From: Saxibacter everestensis
GTDB taxonomy: Bacteria > Actinomycetota > Actinomycetes > Actinomycetales > Brevibacteriaceae
NCBI RefSeq assembly: GCF_025787225.1
Contig: NZ_CP090958.1
Location: 865,856-897,855 of the forward strand
Reading direction: 5' to 3'
Length of the DNA: 32,000 nt
Both the position numbers and the translations under genes were made by a program. Below are positions 1 through 8,281 of the stretch, piece by piece (positions within the stretch are counted from its first letter, which is position 1; every line of letters begins with the position of its first letter). The notes under the pieces were generated by a model, which did no database searches, was not told the DNA's origin, and saw only the letters and a list, made by a program, of their open reading frames with translations.

Positions 1-1325
1 TCGGCGAGCTTCATCGCCGCCGAGACCCGCTCCCGTTCATCGCCGGGGAGGCCATGGATTCGAATGCCCTCGGCCACGGATTCGTAAATTGAGTGCTTCG
101 GGTTGAGCGCGCTGCTCGGGTCTTGCAGGATGAGCTGAACCTGCCGGCGATAGGACTTGAGCTGGCCGGCCCTTGCCGTTACTGGCTCGCCGCGGAACAG
201 CACCTGTCCGCTATCGGCTCCCTGCAACGCCAGCAGGGTGCGGGCGAGCGTCGTCTTGCCTGAGCCGGACTGACCGACCAGCGCAACGACCTCACCCGCA
301 TGAGCGCGCAGCGATACGTCCTTGACCGCCTGCACGGTCCCGGATCGGCCGCGGAACGAAACGTTCAGGTTTCTCGCCTCGAGCAGCACTTCCCGCTCCG
401 GCTGCGCACCGTCCGCAGGAGTCCGGTCATCGATCGGCCCGGCGGTTCCGGTGACGGCGGCGGCTCCGGTGAGGGCGGCAGCTTCGTCCGCCGAGTGCCG
501 GCTCACCGGATTCAGCCGGGACGCCGGGTCGCCGATGGTGGGAAAGGCCTCGGCCAGCGCCTGGGTGTGTGGGTGCCGGGGAGCGTTCACGATCTGTTCC
601 GAGGGGCCTTCCTCGACGATTCTGCCGGCCTGCATCACAGCGATCTTCGAGCACGCCGCGCCGAGAACCGAAAGGTCGTGACTGATCATCAGCAGTGTGA
701 TGCCACGATCCCTGACCAGCGCGCCCAGCACATCGAGCACCTGAGCCTGGACCACAACGTCCAGCGCCGTCGTCGGCTCGTCGGCAATTATCACCTCCGG
801 GTCGCAGGCCAGCGCCATCGCGATCATCACCCGCTGCTTCTGGCCGCCGGACAGTTCATGCGGAAAGGCGTCAGCTTTCACCGCGGGAAGGTCCACCTGC
901 GCGAGCAGATCCAGTACCCGGCTTCTGCGGGCATCCTCGGTGCGGTAGTCGTCCTTGATATGCAGTTCGAGCGCCTCGGCGATCTGCGGGCCGATCTTCC
1001 GAACCGGGTTCAGCGAGTGCATCGCGCCCTGGAATACGATCGCCGCCTCGCTCCAGCGCACAGCGCGCAGCTGGCCGAAGCTCAGCTCGAGCACGTTTCG
1101 CTCGCCAAGCATGATCCGGCCGGAAATCCGCGCATTGCGGGGCAGCAGGCGCAGCACGGCCATCGCGAGAGTGGATTTGCCCGAGCCGGATTCTCCGGCG
1201 ATGCCGAGCGTGGTCCCGGCCGGGATATCCAGATTCAGGTCGACGACGGCCGGAACCTCTCCGCGGCCGGAATCCGATTGGGTCGTGTAGCTGATGCTGA
1301 CACCGTCGAAGCGAAGGTCGGGCAT
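1..1325 (-). CDS. Peptide/nickel-type ABC transporter ATP-binding protein with two fused ATPase domains (DppD/DppF-like); 3' end cut by the window edge
   Basis: Absent from the ORF track because it runs off the window. The reverse complement from ATG at 1325-1323 reads [15 protein letters not shown]...[23 protein letters not shown] (Walker A). The reverse complement of about 250-290 gives a second Walker A ([13 protein letters not shown]), followed by [16 protein letters not shown]. The start overlaps the stop of the upstream permease (TAATG). The + strand ORF 300-1328 is its antisense shadow. Confidence 0.85.
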   Translation of the reverse strand, partial: MPDLRFDGVSISYTTQSDSGRGEVPAVVDLNLDIPAGTTLGIAGESGSGKSTLAMAVLRLLPRNARISGRIMLGERNVLELSFGQLRAVRWSEAAIVFQGAMHSLNPVRKIGPQIAEALELHIKDDYRTEDARRSRVLDLLAQVDLPAVKADAFPHELSGGQKQRVMIAMALACDPEVIIADEPTTALDVVVQAQVLDVLGALVRDRGITLLMISHDLSVLGAACSKIAVMQAGRIVEEGPSEQIVNAPRHPHTQALAEAFPTIGDPASRLNPVSRHSADEAAALTGAAAVTGTAGPIDDRTPADGAQPEREVLLEARNLNVSFRGRSGTVQAVKDVSLRAHAGEVVALVGQSGSGKTTLARTLLALQGADSGQVLFRGEPVTARAGQLKSYRRQVQLILQDPSSALNPKHSIYESVAEGIRIHGLPGDERERVSAAMKLA

Positions 1326-2284
1326 TAGCGTCCTCTGAGCGTTGGATTGATAACGGATTCGAAAGCCCGGCCGACCAGGGTGAAGGCGAGCACCACGACG
1401 ACTATCGCGAGGCCCGGCGGCAGCACGAACCACCAGTAGCCACCCGTCGCCGCGCCGGAGTCCATCGACAGCTTCAGCATCGAGCCCCACGAGGTCTGCG
1501 TCGTGTCGCCGAGCCCGAGGAAGGACAGCGTTGACTCGGCGATGATCGCGGCGCCAACCGTCAGGGTGGTGTTCGCCATAACGAGCGGCATGACGGCGGG
1601 CAGAACATGCCTGCCGATGATATGCCGATGACCGGCGCCGAGTGCCAGTGATCGCTCGATATAGGACCTGGATTCGATCGTCAGGGTCTGCGACCGCACA
1701 ACGCGTGCCGTCCCGGCCCAGGATGTTATGCCGATGGCGATGACGATCGTCCACACGCCGCGCTGCAGCACGCTGGACAGCACGATGGCGAGCACGAGGG
1801 AGGGCAGCACCAGGAAGAAGTCGACGACTCGCATCAGTAGTGCCCCGCCGAGGCCGCCGAAGTGGCCGGCTGCCATACCGACAACCGTGCCGATCACCAT
1901 GGACATCGCGGTGGCAGCCACGCCGACCATCAACGACACCCGGGAGCCCCACAGCAGCATCACCAGGACCGAGCGGCCGGAGGGATCGGTGCCGAGCGGA
2001 TTCTGCATCGAAGGTGGCTCGTTGGCCGCATTGTCGATCTGGGTGACGTCGAGCAGTGAGCGGTCGGCGATCACCGGGGCAAGAATCGCCAGCAGAATCA
2101 CGATGATCAGGAAGATCAGTCCGAAGAGCCCGCTGGGGCTCTTGCGGAACTCGGTCCACACCTCGACGAGTCGCTGACGTCGGCGGGCGTTGGCGACGCT
2201 GCGTGCCGAGTGCGGCGGCTTTGCTGCTGAGCGCGGCGAGCCTGGAGCTGGAGAGCCCGGGGCTTCAGTTCGTTGAGTCGTCAT
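1325..2284 (-). CDS. Peptide ABC transporter permease (DppC/OppC-like)
   Basis: 319-aa ORF with several hydrophobic helices and a conserved cytoplasmic loop region (SYIERSLALGAGHRHIIGRHVLP). It overlaps both neighbours by 1-4 nt, indicating one operon. Confidence 0.85.
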   Translation of the reverse strand: MTTQRTEAPGSPAPGSPRSAAKPPHSARSVANARRRQRLVEVWTEFRKSPSGLFGLIFLIIVILLAILAPVIADRSLLDVTQIDNAANEPPSMQNPLGTDPSGRSVLVMLLWGSRVSLMVGVAATAMSMVIGTVVGMAAGHFGGLGGALLMRVVDFFLVLPSLVLAIVLSSVLQRGVWTIVIAIGITSWAGTARVVRSQTLTIESRSYIERSLALGAGHRHIIGRHVLPAVMPLVMANTTLTVGAAIIAESTLSFLGLGDTTQTSWGSMLKLSMDSGAATGGYWWFVLPPGLAIVVVVLAFTLVGRAFESVINPTLRGR

Positions 2285-3324
2285 GCCGCACGCACCCGAG
2301 GGTCAAGGACGCGGTACAGCAGGTCGGCGATGAAGTTCATCACGATGACGATAAACGAGAACACAACGAAGGTTCCTTGCAACAGTGGCAGGTCGGGGCC
2401 GGTGAGCGCCTGGAAGGTGAGATAGCCGAGACCCGGCCAGGAGAACACAGTTTCAACGGTGACCGCTCCGGAGATCAGCCCGCCGATATGCATGAAGACG
2501 AGGGTCACAGTCGGCAGAAGGGCGTTCGGGATGGCGTGCCGACGACGGACGAGGTCTTCGCGCAGGCCCTTGGCCCGCGCGGTGACCAGGTAGTCGGAGG
2601 TCATCTCCTCGATCAGCGAGGCGCGCATCACCAGAACGTACTGCGCATAGGTGACCGCGACCATCGTGATGACCGGCAGCACGAGATGCCTTGCGACATC
2701 GACGACATAGTCGATACCGGTCGCGTCAAGGCCGGTTGTCACCATGCCGGCGGTAGGCAGAATCTGCAGCGTGCCGCCGAAGATCAGCAAAAGCAGTAGG
2801 CCGAGCCAGAAGGTCGGCACCGACCACAGCACCAGCGCCGTTCCGGTGCTCGCCCGGTCGAAGAAGCTCTCCCGGCGCCAGGCCGCCTTCTGGCCGACCC
2901 ACAGCCCGAGCGCGATGGCGAGCACAGCGGAAACACCGGTGAGCAAAAGTGTCGGGCCCAGGTGGTCGTAGATCAGGTCGGCCACCGGGCGTCGAAACGT
3001 GTACGAATCACCCAGGTCCCCGTGAGACAGGTTCCTGAGATAGATCAGGAACTGGTTCCACAACGATTCGTCCAGACCGAACTCGCGCCGAAGCGCGGCG
3101 ACCTGCTCGGCATCGACCCGTTTGCCCCGGGTCAGGGTCAGAACGGGATCGCCCGGAAGGATCCTGAAGGCAAAGAAACCGAGGACGACAACCATCGCGA
3201 GACTGACCAGGGCGCCGCCGGCCTTTCGGCCGGCGTAACGCCAGAACGACGTACCTTGCCGGACATCGTCTGTCCGATCTGTCTCGGTCGCGGCCACGTC
3301 CTGCGCACCCGGCGCACTGGACAT
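2281..3324 (-). CDS. Peptide ABC transporter permease (DppB/OppB-like)
   Basis: The track ORF is 2281-3375. I prefer the ATG at 3324 (MSSAPGAQD...), which has GGGAG about 9 nt upstream and lies just after the SBP stop. The motif YLVTARAKGLREDLVRRRHAIPNALLP is typical of this permease family. It overlaps the next permease by 4 nt. Confidence 0.85.
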   Translation of the reverse strand: MSSAPGAQDVAATETDRTDDVRQGTSFWRYAGRKAGGALVSLAMVVVLGFFAFRILPGDPVLTLTRGKRVDAEQVAALRREFGLDESLWNQFLIYLRNLSHGDLGDSYTFRRPVADLIYDHLGPTLLLTGVSAVLAIALGLWVGQKAAWRRESFFDRASTGTALVLWSVPTFWLGLLLLLIFGGTLQILPTAGMVTTGLDATGIDYVVDVARHLVLPVITMVAVTYAQYVLVMRASLIEEMTSDYLVTARAKGLREDLVRRRHAIPNALLPTVTLVFMHIGGLISGAVTVETVFSWPGLGYLTFQALTGPDLPLLQGTFVVFSFIVIVMNFIADLLYRVLDPRVRAA

Positions 3325-3337
3325 GAAAGTTGACTCC

Positions 3338-5179
3338 CTACTCGCGCTCGTCCGCGGTTTTCCGGCTCCGGGCAAATATCACTGCGCCGACGATACCGGC
3401 TGCTACAGCGATACCGACGCCGATCCACAGCCCGACGCTCATCCCTGAATCGGCATCGGCAGCTGTCTTGGTCTCGTCCACCGGGGTTGCGCCATAGAAC
3501 GACCAGTAACCGGACTGTTCGGTGATCACGCCGCCCTCGATGGGCTGCTTGGTCAGGTTGGTGAATCGATCCGAGCGGTAGGCCTCAAGCGAGTCCTTGT
3601 ACCAGAAGTCAATCGATGGCGTGGCGGCGTAGTGCACCTTCTGCGCTTCCTTCACCAGCTGGCTGCGTTTCTCCGGATCGAGCTCGGCATGCTGCTGGTT
3701 GTACAGCTTGTCGAACTCCGGATCGCACCAGTTGTCCATCGAGGTGGCGCCCTCACCCTTTTCATCCGGGCGGGAATCGCAGGTGTTGATGCCCAACTGG
3801 AAGTCCGGGTCCGCTCCGACGCCCCAGGCTGTGAAGTACATGTCGTAATTTCCCATTGTCGAGTCGACCGACACAGTGTCGCCGTCGGTCATCTCAACCG
3901 CCGTATCGATGCCGACTTCCTTCAGCCACGGCCCGATGAAGTCGGCCATCTGCTGCTCGTCGGGTTCGTCGCTGGTGCCGAGTAGGCGCAACTTGATCGG
4001 CTTGCCCTGCTTGTCGAGCCGGATGCCGTCGTCGCCCCGCTTGTAACCCGCCTCGTCGAGCATCTTGTTCGCGGCCTCGGGATCGTAGCCCTTCAACACC
4101 GAGGTGTCATCCAGATGCCACTTCGGGAATACCGCCGGGATGAACGAGGTCGCCAGCGTGCCGTGGCCGTCGAGCACCTTGGCCATCATGGTTTCGGTGT
4201 CGATGGCCTGCCGGATCGCGGTGCGCACAGCAACGTCCTTGAGCACCGGATGTCCATCGCCCATCGGCTTGCCGTCTTTCGACTCCGCGCCGGAATTCAG
4301 GCCGAGCCCGGTGAAGCGCCGCCCCTTGCCGGAATTGGTTGTGATTCCGTCCTGGCCCTCCAACGCCTTGAACTGGGCAGGGGTCAGTTTGCTGACGATA
4401 TCCACCTCGCCCGCCCGGAGTGCCTGAACCTGGGCGTCGGTGTTCTTGTAATAGATGTACTGGATGCCGTCGACTTTCGGAGCACCCCGCCAGAAGTTCG
4501 GATTCGCGGTCAGTTCGACGGACTGGCTCGGCTTGTACGACTTCAGCGTGTACGGACCGGATCCCACGACGTCCTTGTTGTTTTCGTGCTTGCCCGGGTC
4601 ATCCAGCTTCGACCAGACGTGCTCCGGAACCACCGGTATCTCCACGCCGGGGTTGGACGCCTGGGGTTCCTTCATGGTGATCACCAGCGTGGTGTCGTCC
4701 GGAGTCTCGACTGTGTCGAAGTTGCTGACCAGGGAGCCGTTGGCGGACCCCATCACCTCGTTGTTCATCATCTGCTCGTAGGTCCATTTGGGGTCTTTGG
4801 CCGTGATCGGCTCGCCGTCAGACCACTTCATGCCCGGCCGGAGGTGAAATGTCCAGGTCTTCCCGTCGCTGCTGGTTTCCCACTTCTCGGCAAGCCCCTC
4901 GGTGTCCGAGGAATCTTCGGCGCTGTACTGCACCAGGTTTTCGTACACCATCCGATTGATTCCGGTCGGCGTGGCGTAAATGGAGATGAACGGGTTGAAG
5001 GTGTCAATCGTGGCGTTCGTCGCGACCTTGATCACTTTGCTGGTGTCACTCGCCTCCGGGGTGGCCGAGGCCGGCGACATCGGCGCGAAGCAGATGCCGC
5101 CCGCGATCGCCAGCGATGCCAACAGGGCGAGTGGGCGGCTGAGCAACCGGCCGCCGGCCGTGGGTGGGGTGAACGCCAT
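3338..5179 (-). CDS. Extracellular solute-binding protein, family 5 (peptide/nickel type), with N-terminal signal sequence and C-terminal hydrophobic anchor
   Basis: 613 aa, first gene of the ABC operon, with GGAGG just upstream of the ATG. The N-terminus LLSRPLALLASLAIAGGICFAPMSPASA looks like a signal peptide. The C-terminus VGLWIGVGIAVAAGIVGAVIF followed by ARSRKTADERE looks like a TM helix plus a basic tail. Confidence 0.8.
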   Translation of the reverse strand: MAFTPPTAGGRLLSRPLALLASLAIAGGICFAPMSPASATPEASDTSKVIKVATNATIDTFNPFISIYATPTGINRMVYENLVQYSAEDSSDTEGLAEKWETSSDGKTWTFHLRPGMKWSDGEPITAKDPKWTYEQMMNNEVMGSANGSLVSNFDTVETPDDTTLVITMKEPQASNPGVEIPVVPEHVWSKLDDPGKHENNKDVVGSGPYTLKSYKPSQSVELTANPNFWRGAPKVDGIQYIYYKNTDAQVQALRAGEVDIVSKLTPAQFKALEGQDGITTNSGKGRRFTGLGLNSGAESKDGKPMGDGHPVLKDVAVRTAIRQAIDTETMMAKVLDGHGTLATSFIPAVFPKWHLDDTSVLKGYDPEAANKMLDEAGYKRGDDGIRLDKQGKPIKLRLLGTSDEPDEQQMADFIGPWLKEVGIDTAVEMTDGDTVSVDSTMGNYDMYFTAWGVGADPDFQLGINTCDSRPDEKGEGATSMDNWCDPEFDKLYNQQHAELDPEKRSQLVKEAQKVHYAATPSIDFWYKDSLEAYRSDRFTNLTKQPIEGGVITEQSGYWSFYGATPVDETKTAADADSGMSVGLWIGVGIAVAAGIVGAVIFARSRKTADERE

Positions 5180-5348
5180 TTTTCCTCCAGGGTGCCAAGG
5201 GGAGCACGATAAGCCGAATGAAGCTAATCAACCATCATGGTGCCAATAGTGTCAACGACTTACGGGTCTTGCCGGGAACCGGTAATTGAACCGTGATCCG
5301 GACACCGCGCTCGCGGACATCCGGATGCCGGGGTGTACAGATAGCTGT

Positions 5349-7160
5349 ATGACCTCATTCACCACCAGGCCAACTCTGCGCGGCACATTCGGGATGGCGG
5401 CCTCCACACACTGGCTCGCGTCGGCGACGGCGTCATCCGTGCTGGAACGGGGCGGCAACGCGTATGACGCCGCCGTCGCCGCAGGCTTCGTGCTGCACGT
5501 CGTCGAACCGCACCTGAACGGCCCCGGCGGCGATCTGACCGCAATCATCAAGGCCGCCCACCAGCAGAGTCCACGGGTGCTGATGGGGCAGGGCCCGGCG
5601 CCGGCCGGCGCGTCAATCGAGCATTTCCACGCCGAGGGCCTGCATCTGATTCCCGGCGCGGGAGCGCTCGCCGCAGCGGTGCCCGGAGCGGTGGACGCCT
5701 GGTTGCTGCTCAGTCGTGACTATGGCAGCTGGGAGCTCGACGAGCTCTGGCAGTACGCGATCGACTATGCGCGCAACGGACACCCGGTGCTGGGCCAGGT
5801 GGCGACGACGATTCGCACCGTCAGTGACCTGTTCGCCGAGCACTGGCCGGGCTCATCGGAGCAGTGGATGCCAGGCGGACGATTGCCGGTCGAGGGCGAA
5901 CTGATCCGCAACCCTGCCTGGGCGGACACAATGGAACGACTGCTGGCCGAGGGACGATCCCGAGCCGGAGCGGACGGCGATCGGGAAGCCCGGATCGAGG
6001 GGGTGCGGTCGGCCTGGGCGGAAGGGTTCGTTGCCCGGGAGATCGAGGACTTCGTCCGGGAGCCGCACCGGCATTCCAGCGGCACGGATCATGCCGGAGT
6101 GCTCAACCGGGACGATCTGCGCGGCTTCCGGGCCGACTGGGAAGAGCCAGCGACTATAGACTTCCGCGGTCACACCATCGTCAAGGTATCCGGCTGGAGC
6201 CAGGGCCCGGCGCTGCTGCAAGCGCTGAAGATCCTGGACGGCTTCGATGACGACGACATAGACCCGTCGACTGCCTCCGGCGCGCACATAGTTCTGGAGA
6301 CGCTCAAACTGTGCCTGGCAGACCGGGAGGCGTACTACGGCGAGGACATGCCGGTCAGCCTGCTTAGGACCCTGCTCTCCGATGCGTACGCGGCCGGGCG
6401 CCGGGCGCAGATCGGCGCGCAAGCCTCGGCCGAATTCCGGCCAGGCGCGATCGACGGCCATCCGGCGTACCGGCCGCAGTTGCGGACCGGAGCGCAGTTG
6501 CGGATCGGAGCGTTGGCTCAGGCCGTCTCGGGCGCTGCGGGCGAACCCACCGTCCGGCCGAACGGTGAGGTGCGCGGTGACACCTGCCACCTGGACATCG
6601 TCGACTCGCAGGGCAACATGATCTCGGCGACGCCGTCCGGCGGCTGGCTGCAATCGTCGCCGTACATTCCGAGTCTCGGCTTCTGCCTGGGTACCCGGCT
6701 GCAGATGAACTGGCTCGATCCCGAGTCGCCCTCCGCGCTCGTGCCCGGCAGGCGTCCGCGCAGCACGTTGACCCCGACCCTGGTCATCCGCGAAGGCGAG
6801 GCTGTGCTCGCTCTCGGTTCGCCCGGCGGCGACCAGCAGGATCAATGGCAATTGCTGTTTCTGCTCAGGATGCTGGTCGGTGGCTACGGCCAGCAGGAGG
6901 CTATCGACGCCCCGGCGTTCCACACCACCTCGATGCCCGGCTCGTTCTGGCCGCGGACCTGGGAGCCCGGTGGCGCCGTGGTCGAAGACCGGCTCGGCGA
7001 CGATGTGATCGCAAGCCTCGAGGCCCGGGGCCACCGGGTGACCAGGGCGGGGGACTGGGCGCTTGGCCGGCTGTCGAGCGTCGGCAGGGACCCGGAGACC
7101 GGCGTACTCACCGCTGCCGCGAATCCGCGCGGGATGCAGGGCTACGCCGTCGGCAGGTGA
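5349..7160 (+). CDS. Gamma-glutamyltransferase (GGT) family Ntn-hydrolase, no signal peptide
   Basis: The track ORF starts at 5286; I prefer the ATG at 5349 (MTSFTTRPTLRGTFGMAASTHWLAS...). It has GGT-like blocks (GGNAYDAAVAAGF, PHLNGPGGD). The candidate autoprocessing/nucleophile Thr lies in GDTCHLDIVDSQGN (Thr codon 6582-6584), followed by GSPGGDQQ. Confidence 0.8.
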   Translation: MTSFTTRPTLRGTFGMAASTHWLASATASSVLERGGNAYDAAVAAGFVLHVVEPHLNGPGGDLTAIIKAAHQQSPRVLMGQGPAPAGASIEHFHAEGLHLIPGAGALAAAVPGAVDAWLLLSRDYGSWELDELWQYAIDYARNGHPVLGQVATTIRTVSDLFAEHWPGSSEQWMPGGRLPVEGELIRNPAWADTMERLLAEGRSRAGADGDREARIEGVRSAWAEGFVAREIEDFVREPHRHSSGTDHAGVLNRDDLRGFRADWEEPATIDFRGHTIVKVSGWSQGPALLQALKILDGFDDDDIDPSTASGAHIVLETLKLCLADREAYYGEDMPVSLLRTLLSDAYAAGRRAQIGAQASAEFRPGAIDGHPAYRPQLRTGAQLRIGALAQAVSGAAGEPTVRPNGEVRGDTCHLDIVDSQGNMISATPSGGWLQSSPYIPSLGFCLGTRLQMNWLDPESPSALVPGRRPRSTLTPTLVIREGEAVLALGSPGGDQQDQWQLLFLLRMLVGGYGQQEAIDAPAFHTTSMPGSFWPRTWEPGGAVVEDRLGDDVIASLEARGHRVTRAGDWALGRLSSVGRDPETGVLTAAANPRGMQGYAVGR

Positions 7161-7247
7161 TCGGCGTGCGCTGCGGCTGCCGCGGCCAGGTGTGAGCCAA
7201 TAGACTGATACTTTCGATGCGACGGTTGCCAGGCAGGAGTGGTTGTT

Positions 7248-8273
7248 GTGCCCAAAGTGCCCCGGGTGTGGCGCAGCGGCGTCGTGCCGGGCTGGAAACA
7301 ACTGCACCGGGTTGAGGTCGGAACTGACCGCCCCGCATACCGGGTCCTCGATCTTGCCAGCGTCCCCGCCGTGGTCCGCGAACGTTGGTCCGCCCGGAAG
7401 GTCCCGCTGAAGCCGGGCACCGCAATGCGGTTCTATCCCCAGCAGCTGCTCGGCCGGAACTTCATCCGCAGCGGCGTAGTGGCAACCGGGGTCGGTGGGA
7501 CGGCAGTAGCGGCCGATGTTGCCACCGCGGCAGTCGTCTTTCCGTCGAACTGGATCGGGCTGATCGGCGACGGGACGGCCGGAATTGTCTTCGGCACGGT
7601 GTTTGCGGTGGGCGGAGTTGGCGCTTCCATCGCCGGGCTGCGCTATTGGCGCGATCCGCGGCGGCTTCGCAAGGCCGATCGCGCCGCGGCGCAGAAGGCG
7701 GTCTGGATCACGCCGGCCGATCTCGGCTTCCGTCGGATGCACGGCATCGCCCGCAGCACCGACGAGGAGCGGCTCTTTCACCTCAGCGTCCGGATCGCAG
7801 AGCGGATCGCCGCAACGAACTCCTGGAAATCACCGCTGCTCGACAGCCACCCCGCGCGGCTCGATCTGGACGAGAACGTCGGGCAGATCGGTCGCAGGCT
7901 ACTTGAAATCCGTCGGCTTCGAACCGAGCTCGAAACCAGCCGGTCGCCGGCAACCCAGCCAGTCGTCGAGGAACACGTTCGCAGCCTCGACGCCGCCTTC
8001 GCATCCCTGGCGGCCCGGGTGGTGACAATGCACGACTACCTGGAGCAATTGCGAGAACTGGATGGGCGGTTGTGGCAGCTTGAGCAGATCGAGCGCGCGA
8101 ACTCACTTTCCGACCGGGTGCTCGACGTGATGGCGGCGACCGCGGGCGATGAGCACGCGGACGAGCAACTGAGGGAACTGAAGTCCGACACCGAAGTCAA
8201 CGCCGAAACGGTCGATGCGATCCTCAGTGATCTGGCCGTCACGGTTGACTATCTCGAAACCGACGAAAAGTAG
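7248..8273 (+). CDS. Hypothetical membrane protein: two Gly/Ala/Val-rich TM helices and a long acidic helical/coiled-coil C-terminal domain
   Basis: Third-position GC is high across the ORF, including the part upstream of the ATG at 7425. The GTG at 7248 has AGGAG 8 nt upstream; alternative starts are 7239 and 7425. TM candidates are VVATGVGGTAVAADVATAAVVF and IGLIGDGTAGIVFGTVFAVGGVGASIAGL. I recognise no family. Confidence 0.55.
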   Translation: MPKVPRVWRSGVVPGWKQLHRVEVGTDRPAYRVLDLASVPAVVRERWSARKVPLKPGTAMRFYPQQLLGRNFIRSGVVATGVGGTAVAADVATAAVVFPSNWIGLIGDGTAGIVFGTVFAVGGVGASIAGLRYWRDPRRLRKADRAAAQKAVWITPADLGFRRMHGIARSTDEERLFHLSVRIAERIAATNSWKSPLLDSHPARLDLDENVGQIGRRLLEIRRLRTELETSRSPATQPVVEEHVRSLDAAFASLAARVVTMHDYLEQLRELDGRLWQLEQIERANSLSDRVLDVMAATAGDEHADEQLRELKSDTEVNAETVDAILSDLAVTVDYLETDEK

Positions 8274-8281
8274 GGACAAAC

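Noticed and set aside
300-1328. 342-aa + strand ORF at the left edge
   Set aside because: It has an Arg/Gly/His-rich, low-complexity composition. The opposite strand reads as a clean double ABC ATPase with two Walker A motifs. This is an antisense shadow ORF typical of high-GC DNA.
4115-5212. 365-aa + strand ORF inside the SBP gene
   Set aside because: It is antisense to a well-supported SBP gene, has an Arg/Gly/Val-rich composition and lacks an RBS.
5191-5246. Two copies of GGTGCCAA 48 bp apart in the SBP/GGT divergent region
   Set aside because: A single 8-mer duplication in a 170-bp region could be chance. It has no dyad symmetry and no link to a recognisable promoter element.
5853-7781. 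642-aa minus-strand ORF, the longest unexplained ORF in the track
   Set aside because: It runs antisense across the GGT-family gene, the intergenic region and the start of the next gene. It is extremely Arg/Pro/Gly/Ala-rich, has no recognisable motif and ignores gene boundaries. This is a stop-codon-poor antisense frame, not a gene.
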